DNA of 64,000 bases from Candidatus Latescibacterota bacterium (GCA_965198115.1 OZ240241.1:3936001-4000000), one strand, 5' to 3'; positions 41,229 through 52,634 are shown, numbered from the stretch's first letter. The notes: a model not told the origin generated them from the letters alone. Made by a program: numbers and translations.

Positions 41229-42526
41229 ATGCTCAAACTCGCCATCATTGGTGCGGGGTCGAAGTTCAGTTTCGGAATCGCCGCTGACCTCACTCGCGAA
41301 CCGACGTTTTGCGGACAGTACGCTCGCGCTGGTCGATCCCGACGACAGGGCGCTCGACACTTCCACGCGTATCGTCAAGCGCATGATCGAGGCCTCCGGC
41401 GCCTCACTCACCGTCGAATCGTCATCCAACCGGCGCGACATGCTCGCCGATTGCGACTACGTCCTCAACTCCATCGCCGTGGGCGAACCCTTCGCCAGGG
41501 AGCGCGACGTCGAGATCGGCGAGCGCTATGGCATCTTCCAGCCCACATCCCAAACCGTCGGACCCGCAGGCTACTGCCGTGGGCTTCGCGTTCTGCCCCA
41601 CGCCGTCGACATCGCTCGCGGCACGGCCGAACTCGCACCCAACGCCACCATCATCGACCTCGCAAATCCACTGGCCGCCGTCTGTCGCGGGATGATTCGC
41701 GAAAGCGGTCTTCCCGTCGTCGGCCTCTGCGAACAATGGGCGTTCACCAAGCGATTCTTCTCTCGCGTCCTCGACACCGATCCCGATACCCTCGACATGT
41801 TCTCGGTCGGCACGAATCATCTCACATGGGCCCTCGGTCTCGAGCACGAGGGGCGCGATGTCTTGCCGGAATTGATCGATGCTTTGTATCAGCCCCGGAA
41901 CAAAGCGATCCTCGATGAGGTCCCCGTTTCCGACAGGGTCTATCGCGCCTTCGGCGTCTGGCCGACTGGCACGGAAGATCACATCGCCGAATTCTTCAAC
42001 GACTTCCTCACGCCTGAGACCAACGGCGGCGCCGACTTCGGAATGAAGATTCGACACACCTCCGAAGCGCAATGGGAGGACCGTTGGAAAGAACGCGAAG
42101 CCCTCGCGTCGGGCGAATCACCGATCGAGGAATTGCTCGGCCCGTCGGGTGAGAACGCCGTCGACATCATCGCCATGCTCGAAGGCTGTCATCCCCCCGG
42201 GTTCGAGATGGTCAACATCCCGAACAACGGCCTCATCGACAACCTGCCCGACCACGCCATCGTCGAGCTCCCCGCGCATCGGCCCACTCGGCGTCCGCGG
42301 CCTGAAAGTCGGCCCATTGCCCGACGCCGTTCGCGAGATTCTCTCGACTCGCATTACCCAACAGGAACTCCACATCGACGCCGCGATCTCCGGTCATCGA
42401 GACATCGCCGTCCGTGGGCTCTATTTCGACGCCCAGATTCCCACCGTCGAGATCGGCGCAAAGATCCTGGATGAGTCCCTCGCCGCCAACCCTGAGTTCT
42501 ACCCGAAATTCACCGAGAAATCTTGA
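41229..42526 (+). pseudogene. Family 4 glycoside hydrolase (alpha-galactosidase-like), two frameshifts (about 41310 and 42270)
   Basis: KLAIIGAGS, TVGPAG..RGLR, ANP, GLCE, GTNH and NNGLIDNLP; pieces lie in three frames. Confidence 0.85.
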
Positions 42527-42678
42527 TGGGGCCGCGCCCTCATTGCAGTTCCGTAACGCACACAAACAACCCCGACCGTGGCGTCCGGTTCCCGGCCTCG
42601 GACTACGGCCAACGATCCTCCAATCTTATTGACCAGCTCCGAGCTGCTGACCCACACCCATCGCCATAGAGACCTACC

Positions 42679-43975
42679 ATGTCTAGGCCAAACATCATCT
42701 TCATCCTTTGCGACGACCTCGGATACACCGACCTCGGCTGCTATGGCGGCACGGTCATTCCAACACCCAACCTCGATCGTCTCGCCCAGCAAGGCGTGCG
42801 ATTCACGCAATGCTACACCGCTTCCTCGATCTGCGCCCCGTCTCGGTGCGTCCTCAACACCGGTCTGCACAGCGGTCACTGTCGTGTGCGCGACAACTTC
42901 GGCATCGTCGGTGGCGTCGGGGATCAGAAGCGAGTCCCGCTCGAGCCCGAAGATTTCACCGTCGCGGAGCTCCTTAAAGGGGCCGGATACACCACCGGCA
43001 TGACGGGCAAATGGGGTCTCGGTGAACCCGACACGACCGGTGTTCCAAATCGCAAGGGCTTCGACGAGTGGTTCGGGTATCTCAACCAACGTCGCGCGCA
43101 CACCTATTACCCGGACTACCTGTGGCGAAACGAGGAACGCGTCGACTATCCCGAGAACGAAGCCGAGAACCAGGTCACGTATGTCCACGACCTCATCTTC
43201 GAATTCGCGATGGATTTCATCCGCGAACACCGAGACGGACCCTTTTACCTTCACGTTCCGTGGACGTTACCCCACGGTGCATTCGAGATTCCTTCCGTCG
43301 GCGTCTTCGAAAGCGAGAACTGGTCGGACGGCGAAAAGGTCCACGCCGCCATGGTCACGAAGATCGACAACGCAAGTCGGCCAGATCGTAGACCTTATCA
43401 AAGAGCTGGGAATCGACGACAACACGCTCATCTTCTTCGGATCGGACCACGGGTCGGGCCACTCCTGGCAGGACACATTCAACAGCTGCGGTCCTCTCAG
43501 AGGCAAGAAAGGCGATATGTACGAAGGGGGCCTCCGCACGCCTTTGATCGTCAGCTGGCCGGGCAAGCTACCCCTGGGCAAGACCAACGATACAACGGTC
43601 TGGTACTATGCCGACTTCATGTCCACCGTCGCCGACATCATCGAAGCGAAAGCACCCGAGACCGACGGCGTCAGCATTCTTCCCACTCTCCTCGGTGAGG
43701 ATCAGGATCTGTCCTATCGCTTCCTCTACTGGGAGCGCCACGGTGGCGGGTTCAAGCAGGCGGTAAGGTGGCAGAACTGGAAGGCCGTCCGACCCCCGAC
43801 AGACCGCCTCCTCAACGAACCCCTCGAACTCTACAACCTCGACACCGACCTCGGCGAAACCAGGGATGTCGCCGGCCAACAACCCGAGGTCATCCGTCGC
43901 ATCAGCGACTACCTCGCCGACGCGAGGACCGCGTCGAAGAACTGGCCCATCGGCGTGAAGGGGTCACACGCTTGA
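42679..43975 (+). pseudogene. Arylsulfatase, frameshift near 43372
   Basis: PNIIFILCDDLG, CAPSR and GKWGLG; second frame SDHG..RGKKGDMYEGGLRTP..ELYNLDTD. Confidence 0.88.
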
Positions 43976-44075
43976 TTGCGGCCTGCGGCCTCGATCGAGT
44001 GTTCGGTGTTCGGGGATCAAGAAACTACCCACGCGCAGGTTTCAATGGACCTCCGAATCCACTCCCGACTAGGGA

Positions 44076-44220
44076 CTCGAATCCTTTCAAACGACCCTCA
44101 GCGTTCTCAGCCTGCCCTGAGCTTTGTCCTGAGTAAGCGACCGAAGGTCGCTATACCAAAGGGTAGTCTGCAAACAGGAGCGTATCGAAGGGTTTCCTCA
44201 GTGGCTGCTCTTTCTACGGA
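44076..44220. repeat. Intergenic repeat shared with 47968-48069, with two nested hairpin cassettes
   Basis: Shared flanks CTCGAATCC..CGACCCTC.GCGTTCTCAG and T.TCCTCAGTG.CTGCTCTTTCTA.GGA. Confidence 0.85.
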
Positions 44221-44246
44221 GTGTCATCAGCTATCCTCCCGCCCCC

Positions 44247-46118
44247 TCATCCATCTGCCGCTGATGTTCGCCGCGCCACCCCACCGGTGCCCCAATCGAG
44301 TTCAGGCCGCATATCCACAACCGCCTCGGCCAACTGCCCTCGGTGAACGCCGTCGAGGGTTGCATCCAGGGCAATTGGCTGGCGCCTGTAAGCGGTAGCC
44401 TGATCTGGCGGCACTCTCAATAGAAAATCGACAATCTCTTTTTTCCCGGGATCTGCCGTCACCGTTCCGCAACTCGGTCGCGCTTCCCAGCCGTCTGGCA
44501 GGACCAATTCGTACTCCAGTGTAGAGGGCACCGACTTGATATTTTCGAACCACACCTGCATGCGCACCTCCTCTCCGGGTGCTGCTGGCGGTTGATACGG
44601 ATACAGAAAAACGTGGTCCGGGTAGAGGGCTTCCTCCAGATTTTCGGGTGCAGCAAGTGCGCGCCAGTGGATCTGCTCTGTGATGCACCAATCGTGATAG
44701 ACCTTCCACTCTTCCGGGCCAATCTCCCACGGCCCGCCGTGCCCGGGACACGTCAACTCCGGCTGATGCTCCAGGTAGAGCTTACCCGTAATCTGGTGGG
44801 AATTGGCGTGCACGTGATTGCGCCAGATGTTGTTCGACTGGTATCCCTTCCCCTCCCGCACACCCACCTCGTCTCCGGAAAACACGACCCGCTTGCCGTC
44901 GATCTCACCGAACATTGCCATGTGATAGTCGGCGTGACCCGGCGTGTGGAAGACCTGAAACTCGAACTCCTCCCACTGGAAGGTTTCCCCCTGCCCGAGC
45001 GCCCGCTCCACCTTCAACGGAGTGGGGAAAGTACACCCCAGCTTGTAGCCGTGCGGGTGCTGCAGAATGTCGACCATATTCTCGAAGCACCAGATTTTCG
45101 TACCGTGATGCTGCTGCAGATAGGGCAGCCCGTTGACGTGATCGTCGTGATAGTGGCTCGGCATGGCCAGATCGATCTGCTTCATGCCAAAACTATCCCG
45201 CAGGATATCCAGATTGTGCTCGAGTGGACGCAGGCGATTGCCGGCTTCAAAAAAGACTTCGAACGAATACATGAACGTCCGGCTCGGGGAGCCGTAATCA
45301 ACGAAAAGGGCTTTGCCGCTGTCGCTGATAACAATCCACGTGTTCGAACAGCCGGGGATCTGCACCAGATGAGGAAGCACCGAGCGGGGAGCCACATCCA
45401 GGGAAGGCGTTTCGATGCTGTACCGGTGTTCGAGATAGGCACGGAACTTTGTCTCGAGACTCTGAAGCGCGCTGGCTGTGTCGCCAAAGGGACGGCCGTG
45501 GGAAGGACAGAGCATGTCGGTATTGTGGTTCCGCATCTTGCAGAGCGAGTAAACCATGTAGTCGCAGCCATCGCCCTGGGCATAGGCGTACTGGAGATCG
45601 TAGAGAGCCTGAACCTTACCCGGCGCAGCAATCAAATCTCCGCTGAATCCCACCTTCTGCCCGTCGATCTCTGCAATCAACGCGATGTGACCGAGCGAGT
45701 GACCGGGCGTCGGCTGAACGAAGAATCGATATCTCCCCCACTCGAACGTCTCGTAATCCTCGAGCACGCGTGACGTACGCACGCTCTGGGCCAGCGTGAA
45801 AAAGGTCTGCCGCACATCATAAATGTCATAGATTTGCCGCGACCCCCAGAACACCTCCACCTCATCGAAATAGGGGCGCTCCTGGGCAGGCACCGCAATC
45901 GGGATATTGCGCTGATTGGCTATCGCGTCCCCCTGGCACTGGTCGCGATGGTGGTGGGTGTGCAGGATCCAATCGACCTGGGTGATGCCCAGATCACCTA
46001 GACCGTCGAGTACCTTGCCGCTGCCGAAGTCAATCAGCACAACCCTTGTGCCTTCCTTGACCACATACACATTGCAGGTGTCTTCGAACAGGTACAGATT
46101 CTCGGATATCTTTTCCAA
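44247..46118 (-). CDS. Tandem two-domain MBL-fold hydrolase with C-terminal Ig-like domain
   Basis: THHHRDQ/TPGHS and SHYHDDH/TPGHA motifs. Confidence 0.85.
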   Translation of the reverse strand: MEKISENLYLFEDTCNVYVVKEGTRVVLIDFGSGKVLDGLGDLGITQVDWILHTHHHRDQCQGDAIANQRNIPIAVPAQERPYFDEVEVFWGSRQIYDIYDVRQTFFTLAQSVRTSRVLEDYETFEWGRYRFFVQPTPGHSLGHIALIAEIDGQKVGFSGDLIAAPGKVQALYDLQYAYAQGDGCDYMVYSLCKMRNHNTDMLCPSHGRPFGDTASALQSLETKFRAYLEHRYSIETPSLDVAPRSVLPHLVQIPGCSNTWIVISDSGKALFVDYGSPSRTFMYSFEVFFEAGNRLRPLEHNLDILRDSFGMKQIDLAMPSHYHDDHVNGLPYLQQHHGTKIWCFENMVDILQHPHGYKLGCTFPTPLKVERALGQGETFQWEEFEFQVFHTPGHADYHMAMFGEIDGKRVVFSGDEVGVREGKGYQSNNIWRNHVHANSHQITGKLYLEHQPELTCPGHGGPWEIGPEEWKVYHDWCITEQIHWRALAAPENLEEALYPDHVFLYPYQPPAAPGEEVRMQVWFENIKSVPSTLEYELVLPDGWEARPSCGTVTADPGKKEIVDFLLRVPPDQATAYRRQPIALDATLDGVHRGQLAEAVVDMRPELDWGTGGVARRTSAADG

Positions 46119-46130
46119 GTTCCCTCCTGA

Positions 46131-47900
46131 CTACACGACAAACTGAAAAGAACACAGCTTAACGGCGTGTCCGATAAAAACGCAGCCGAAGAGCTATAAT
46201 CAAAAGGTGTGGAAAAAGAGAAAGGGCGACCCTACCCTTCCCGTGAGATAGTTGATTCACACAAAACCGGGTGAGAGGCCCGGTTGGGAAGGAGGATCGC
46301 CGTGAAGGAACATACGCATAGAGCCCCATTGAAGTCCATGCCGACGTGGGAGACGGTTGACGATTGGATCCGTGAAGAGATCCAGGGCCGGTTCCAGTCC
46401 ATTCTGGAGGAGGAGGCGACCGCGTTCTTGGGCCGGTCGTGGTATGAGCGCCGAGCCGAGGTCGATAGCTCCAGGGGCTACAGGAACGGCTACGGCAAGC
46501 CCCGGCGTCTCTCGACGAGCTGCGGAACGATCAAGGTCCGGCGTCCCCGGGTTCGTGGTCTGGAAGAGCGGTTTGAAAGCCGCATCCTCCCCCTGTTCGC
46601 CCGGAGAACCAGGGCCATTGGAGATCTGCTTCCCGACCTTTATCTCCACGGTCTCTCCCAGGGCGACTTCGAGTTGTCTTTGCGTGCGCTGCTCGGTGAT
46701 GGCGCGCCGCTTTCGCCGACCTCGATCGCTCGTCTTCGAGGGAAGTGGGAGGTCGACTTCCAGGACTGGAAAGAAAGGCGTCTGGATAATCGCGAACTGG
46801 TCTACGCCTGGGCTGATGGCATCTACGTCAAAGCCGGGCTCGAGCGCGAGAAGGCGTGTCTGCTGGTCGTGATCGGCGCGATGAGCGACGGCAGCAAGGA
46901 GATCCTGGCGATAGAACCCGGTTATCGAGAGTCTACAGAATCCTGGCTCACGGTGCTCCGGGATCTCCGGGATCGCGGGCTCGAACATCCTGTCCTGATC
47001 GCCGCGGACGGGAATATGGGCATCTGGGCGGCCGTTGATCAGGTCTGGCCAGAGAGCCGGCAACAACGGTGCTGGAACCACAAGATCCTCAACGTGCTCG
47101 ACAAGGTCGCCAAGCGTGCACAGGCTGAAGCCCGCGCACTGCTCGTCCAGATCCCCTATGCCGGCACGAAAAAGGAGGCCGAGAAGCTCCGGAAACGCTT
47201 TGCCGCACGGTATCGCTCACAGTTCCCTGCCGCCGTGGAGACGCTCGAAAGAGACTGGGATCGGATGGTCACGTTCTACGACTTCCCGAAGGAACACTGG
47301 AAACACCTGAGAACCACGAACGTCGTCGAGAGCCCCTTTGCTTCCGTTCGGCTTCGCACAAACGCCGCCAGGCGATTCAAGAAAGTCAGGAACGCCACGA
47401 CTCTCATCTGGCGTACGCTCAAGGTCGCAGAGAGCCGATTCAGGAAACTCACCGCGCCACACTTGCTACAACAAGTCTACGATCAGAAACACTCAACCGG
47501 ACCGCAGGTCGAAGCCGGGAAGATGGCCGCCTGATTTCTTTTACACACCTATTGACCTGAACTCCAGCCGAACGGGACGTCCCCGAAGCGATGAAAGATC
47601 GGGACGGCCTTTCCACGTCACAGTCTGTTCAGATCGTTGAACACCAGCCAGTCGGCCTCCGCCCTGGCGGGCCCAATAACCGTGGCCCGTCTCGTCGAGG
47701 ATTTCCACTCTGAGCCAGCCCCGTGAACTGGCATCAATATTCACCTGGAGACGGTTGCCGTCGAGGGTAAAAGGAACCATCGTCAGCCGACCCTCGTCCG
47801 TACCCACGTCCTGAGACACAAAGCCGTCGCGCCTCAAACGCAAACGGCCGATGACCGCACTGTTCATCCTGAAAATAGCGAAACCGGGCCCCCCGCAGTT
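46131..47900 (-). pseudogene. C-terminal remnant of a beta-propeller glycoside-hydrolase-like gene, split by IS256-A copy 4
   Basis: LRRDGFVS, LQVNIDA..GWLRVEILD and DLSSLRGRPVRL on one side; RF...KLCSFQF beyond the IS. Confidence 0.6.
46191..47564 (+). mobile_element. IS256-A copy 4 (transposase 46284-47534)
   Basis: Same protein as copy 1; 8-bp TSD CAGCCGAA. Confidence 0.95.
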
Positions 47901-47967
47901 CACGCTGGTCACCAAAATCGATACTCAGGTAGGCCAGATCGTCGACCTCCTGGATGAGCTGGGGCCC

Positions 47968-48069
47968 CTCGAATCCCTTCATACGACCCTCCGCGTTCTC
48001 AGCCTGCCCTGAGTAGCCTGCGAAGCAGGCGTATCGAAGGGTGTCCTCAGTGACTGCTCTTTCTATGGA
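47968..48069. repeat. Second copy of the 44076 repeat, with a single cassette
   Basis: Alignment to 44076-44220. Confidence 0.85.
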
Positions 48070-48940
48070 AATAACCCTCGCTACGCCCGATGATTTCGAT
48101 GCGATCGCTCGTCTCATCCAAGCGACGTCTCGCTCGCCGGCGACGCACTGCCTCCACGCGGAAACGGCCGAGTCCGTCGACGATATGGTCGCCGAGATAC
48201 GACAGCTGACGAATAGCGGTGAGCTTATCGTTGCCATCGCACGGGACCACCATCTCAGGGCAATGATTGGATGCGAATATGCAAGGGAGCTCAAGCGAGG
48301 TTGGCTCAGAGGGCCGGTTCAACAGGATGGCGTGACCGAAGCACAGGCCCTCTACGAGGCACTCGTGTCGTCTCTGCCGGAGGAGATTACTCGACTGGAC
48401 ACGTTTCTCAACGCAGAAAACGCTGACGGGGACGCGTTCTATCGATCGAAAGGCTACCGGCCAGAGGGCCTCACGCACGTCTACGAAACGAGTCGCGAGA
48501 CCGCCATCTTCTCAGACTCCATGTGCCGGGTCCTGGAAGAACACCAGTTCGAAGAGTTCAAACGGGTTCACAACCACGTGTTCCCGTCGACGTATGCGGA
48601 TGGTCGTGAGATCATCGAGCAACTCGACCCGCACAAGCAGGTCCTCGTCTACGTCAATCACGGCGAAGTGCTCGGCTATGTTCGTGCGCTCGTCGAGTCC
48701 GAAAAAGAGGGCTACATCGAATATCTCGGTGTTCGATCGGACGCCCGACGTCAAGGCATTGGGCGAAAGCTCCTTCACGCTGCCCTGGGATACCTTATCG
48801 CAGAACGTGGCAACGACATCGTGTCACTCTGCGTCAGCGACGGCAACACGAATGCCCGCCAGCTTTACGAAAACGTCGGGTTCGCGTTGAAACACACGGG
48901 CGTGAATCTTCGCCTGATTCGAACCGCAGAACCCACGTGA
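48065..48940 (+). CDS. Tandem GNAT acetyltransferase
   Basis: YLGVRSDARRQGIGRKLL and NTNARQLYENVGF; first domain AFYRSKGY. Confidence 0.88.
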   Translation: MEITLATPDDFDAIARLIQATSRSPATHCLHAETAESVDDMVAEIRQLTNSGELIVAIARDHHLRAMIGCEYARELKRGWLRGPVQQDGVTEAQALYEALVSSLPEEITRLDTFLNAENADGDAFYRSKGYRPEGLTHVYETSRETAIFSDSMCRVLEEHQFEEFKRVHNHVFPSTYADGREIIEQLDPHKQVLVYVNHGEVLGYVRALVESEKEGYIEYLGVRSDARRQGIGRKLLHAALGYLIAERGNDIVSLCVSDGNTNARQLYENVGFALKHTGVNLRLIRTAEPT

Positions 48941-48959
48941 CGCAACGGCCCGACCGCCG

Positions 48960-50227
48960 ATGACCGCGAACCCCACCCCATCCTCCCAATCCCTCTTCCA
49001 AATTTACCGTCAACTCAATCGCGACGTCCGTCTATACCTCCTGGCCTCGGCCATCGTCGGCTTCACGATCTTCGGCGGCGTCGAAACCGTCATTCTGAAC
49101 CTGTACCTGCTGAGACTCGGCTACGGGTCGAAGTTCATCGGGTGGGTCAACGCGACCGGCGCCCTGACTAACACCCTCGTCGCCATGCCCGCTGGTGTCC
49201 TCGGACTGCGCATCAGCAGACGCCACATGATGATGGCCGGTATGCTTCTGATGGCGACAGGACTCGGCGCATTACCTTTCGCCGAATATCTCCCCGAGCA
49301 TATGATGCGCTCGTGGCTGCTCGCGACTCGAGGTGTGAGCTATCTCGGGATGGGGATCTTCCAAATCGGTGGGACGCCCTTCCTGATCGGGGCTACACGT
49401 CCAGAAGAGCGCAATCACGCCTACGCGTTTCACACGGCAATCGGTCCCCTCGCAGGTCTGGCCGGGGGTCTCATCGGCGGTCTTCTCCCTTCGATCTTCG
49501 CGGGGCTTTCGGGGGTTGCTCTCACGGACACGAGCCCGTATCGACAGACACTATGGGTGGCTGCACTCGTGATCATCCCGGGCTTCTTTCTCGTCCGAGC
49601 CACGACCGCGACGTATTCCGGCGACCTCCGGAGAGCCGACCGTGGAAAGAGCTCGGCCCCGACCCTCCTGTTTGTCCTGCTGTTTCTGTCGGGTTTTCTC
49701 CAACTGGCGGGCGAACGTGTCGCAAGAACGTACTTCAACGTGTATATGGACGTCGATTTCGCCGGTTCACCCTCTTTCATAGGCGCGTGCTGGTCCGCAG
49801 GTCACTGTCTCTCCGTGGTCACCGCTCTACTCACACCGTTTCTCTGCAAACAGTGGGCATCATCAACGTCTCCACCGTCGGTGCGTTCGGTATGGTCATC
49901 AGCCTCCTGGTCATGACCTACGTCCCGAGTTCCCACATCGTAGGTCTCGCCTTCATCAGCCTCATCATGTTCGCCGCCGTCCGGAGACCCGCCTACACAG
50001 TCCATCATCAGGAACTCGTCACCCCAGCCTGGCGCCCCACGATGGCCGGATGCACCTCTTTCGGGTCGGGCGCCAGCGAATTCACGATGGCTCTCCTCGG
50101 AGGCTACACCATCGCCACGGCCGGCTTTGTTCCCGTGTTTGAAACAGGCGCCCTGATGACAACCGTCGGGGCGGGTCTCTTCTGGCTTTACTTCCGTCAT
50201 CCTCGTGGCGAACGTGGGAAGGCTTGA
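48960..50227 (+). pseudogene. MFS transporter, frameshift near 49855
   Basis: NLYLLRLGY, ERNHAYA and many TM helices; the C-terminal TMs continue in ORF 49313-50227. Confidence 0.8.
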
Positions 50228-50359
50228 ACCACCAAGCATGTCCTGAGCGGAGTCGAAGGGACTCCAAGACACCAAGAACCTTGAACAGGAAGACGCGAAG
50301 TCGCGAAGAAAGACCGGGGTCGGCGGAAACTTCAGTCATTGCTCTGTGACTCCTGCCCT

Positions 50360-50425
50360 TTTCGTGTATTTCGTGGTTTTCGTGGTTCGGTTTTTGGTTT
50401 TCCTTCCGTGTATTCCGTGGTCTCG
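50360..50425. repeat. Nonamer repeats TTTCGTG(T/A/G)
   Basis: TTTCGTGTA TTTCGTGGT TTTCGTGGT ... TTCCGTGTA TTCCGTGGT; relatives at 21790-21935, 26965-26995, 40962-41010 and 41120-41205. Confidence 0.7.
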
Positions 50426-50452
50426 ATGTCTTTCGTAGTCGCGTGAGGAAGT

Positions 50453-51403
50453 ATGCAGACGCGCAAGCTCGGCAGAACGGGAATAGACGTCCCCATCATC
50501 GGACTCGGGGCGATGTTCATCGGGGGACCGGAGGCGGATGCTCCAAGTGAGCTCGACGAGGACCTCGCAGCCGAAACCGTCGTCGCCGCCATCGAATCCG
50601 GGTCCACCTTCATCGACACGGCCCCCGGCTACGGCAGCTGTGGCAGCGAGCGCGTGATCGGCCGCGCGATGAGGGAACGCCCCGATCTCGCGGAAATCGC
50701 CACGGTCGTCACCAAAACCGGCGCCCCCCCGGGCGGTAAGGACTACAGCTACGACGGCGTTCTACGTCAGATCGAGGACAGTCTCGGCCGCCTCGGGCTC
50801 GAAAGCATCGACCTCGTTTCGATCCACGACGCGATGGGTCAGCCGATGGAAGATGTCCTCGGCGGCGCGCTTCGAGCTTTGCGCAGCCTCCAGGATCAAG
50901 GCGTCGTGGGCAACGTCGGCACGGCCATGAACGACCCCTCGACGAACGAGCCCTACATCGAAACCGGCGAATTCGACGTCGCCGTCGTACCCAATGCCTG
51001 GACCCTCATCAACCGGATCGCCGGAAACCGAATCTTCCCCGCCGCGAAGAAACACAACACCGGTGTCCTTCTCGCGACGCCATTCGAGCGCGGTCTCCTT
51101 GCCAAAGGATCCAAATCGGACGCCTACTTTCACCGCCGCAACTTCAGCGAGGAATGTCTCGCGCACGTCGCCGAAATCGAAGCACTCTGCGAACGCTACG
51201 ACGTATCGCTTCCAACCGTCGCCCTCCACTACGTCCTTCGCCACCCGCAAGTATCCACCGTGATCCCCGGCGCCCGAACGCCTGACGAGGCAAGCACAAA
51301 CGCAAAGGCCTCGGAAATTGACATTCCCGAGGCCTTCTGGAACGAGTTGGAACCGACGCTCCGTGACTGGAGCGCGGCCGAACATCGTCAGGTCAAGATT
51401 TAG
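50453..51403 (+). CDS. Aldo/keto reductase
   Basis: RKLGRTG, FIDTAPGYG, SLGRLGLESIDL and VIPGART motifs. Confidence 0.92.
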   Translation: MQTRKLGRTGIDVPIIGLGAMFIGGPEADAPSELDEDLAAETVVAAIESGSTFIDTAPGYGSCGSERVIGRAMRERPDLAEIATVVTKTGAPPGGKDYSYDGVLRQIEDSLGRLGLESIDLVSIHDAMGQPMEDVLGGALRALRSLQDQGVVGNVGTAMNDPSTNEPYIETGEFDVAVVPNAWTLINRIAGNRIFPAAKKHNTGVLLATPFERGLLAKGSKSDAYFHRRNFSEECLAHVAEIEALCERYDVSLPTVALHYVLRHPQVSTVIPGARTPDEASTNAKASEIDIPEAFWNELEPTLRDWSAAEHRQVKI

Positions 51404-51420
51404 GTGCTGTTCGCCGCCGT

Positions 51421-52446
51421 TCAGGCTGCAGACACGGATCGATCCTCCGAAGCCACGTAGGACATCACCTTCTCGACTTCCCCGCGACTGCCGATCACCA
51501 GCGGCGTACGCTCGTGGAGGTCCGTAGGCACCCTTTCCATCACCCTGTCCCGTCCGTCCGTCGCGAGACCTCCTGCCTGTTCGGCCAAGAAGGCCATCGG
51601 ATTGACCTCATACAGGAGACGCAGCTTGCCTTTCGGGTCTTTTGCAGTCTCCGGATACAGGAATACGCCGCCTCGAAGCAGGGTCCGATGGAAATCCGCG
51701 ACAAGGGATCCGATGTAGCGAAGCGAATAGCCTTCGTCCTTCACCGCGTTCAGGTAGCGCTGATATCCGATCGGAAAACTGGCGGCGTAGGCTTCGTTCA
51801 CACTGTACGTCTTTCCGACCTCGGGCATATGCACGCGTTCACTACTCCGCACATAGGCTCCGATTTCGGGCACGAGCGTGAACATGTGCAGCCCGTCTCC
51901 CGCAGTGTAAGCCATGACCGTGCTGCTCCCATAGACGACGTAGCCGGCAGCGACTTGCCGAACACCCGGCTGCAGAATGTGACCCGTCGGTCCATTTTCG
52001 CAGTTCTCGTCCTTCAACAGGATCGAGAAAATCGTACCGACCGACACGTTGACGTCGATGTTGCTCGACCCATCGAGCGGATCGAACAGCACTACGTATT
52101 TGCCGGTACCGTCATCATCCGCTTTCAGAACACGCGGACCTTCCTCCTCCTCGGACACCAGAATACCCACTTCCTCCCGATAGCCGAGGCATCGCGTCAG
52201 CGTCTCGTGCGCGATCACGTCCAGCTTTTCGACACGTTCCCCCTGGACGTTCTCCTCACCCGTTTCCCCGAGTACGTCCAGCACACCTGCCCGTCGCACC
52301 TGCGATTCGATGATCTTCGTCGCCAACGTGATACCACTCATGAGCCAGCTGAACTCTCCGGTTGCCCTCGGATGATGGGCCCGCTGCTGGTCCAGAATGT
52401 GTTGTTGGATCGTGACGAGAGATTGCGACAGCCCGACTGAATTCAT
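51421..52446 (-). CDS. fbp: Class 1 fructose-1,6-bisphosphatase
   Basis: NVQGE..KLD, FDPLDGSSNIDVNVSVGTIFSI, RYIGSLVADFHR and GKLRLLYE motifs. Confidence 0.96.
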   Translation of the reverse strand: MNSVGLSQSLVTIQQHILDQQRAHHPRATGEFSWLMSGITLATKIIESQVRRAGVLDVLGETGEENVQGERVEKLDVIAHETLTRCLGYREEVGILVSEEEEGPRVLKADDDGTGKYVVLFDPLDGSSNIDVNVSVGTIFSILLKDENCENGPTGHILQPGVRQVAAGYVVYGSSTVMAYTAGDGLHMFTLVPEIGAYVRSSERVHMPEVGKTYSVNEAYAASFPIGYQRYLNAVKDEGYSLRYIGSLVADFHRTLLRGGVFLYPETAKDPKGKLRLLYEVNPMAFLAEQAGGLATDGRDRVMERVPTDLHERTPLVIGSRGEVEKVMSYVASEDRSVSAA

Positions 52447-52634
52447 GATCTCCTCCCTGCGTGCCAGTGATGACTCTTTGTTTCATCGATGGGGATTTCG
52501 GCCGGGGACCGTCGATTCGTCCTAGGTGTAAGTACACTTTCCTTCAAGATCAAGCTCTGATTGGGTTTCCGACGGTTTTCATTTCGGGGAATCCGGTCTA
52601 TCTTGTTCCCCCAGACTCGAACACGGGCATTCGA

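Noticed and set aside
44040-44100. tRNA (TCGAATCC motif)
   Set aside because: No cloverleaf; the motif is part of the 44076/47968 repeat.
38245-47564. Composite transposon bounded by IS256-A copies 3 and 4
   Set aside because: Each copy has its own TSD, so they inserted independently.
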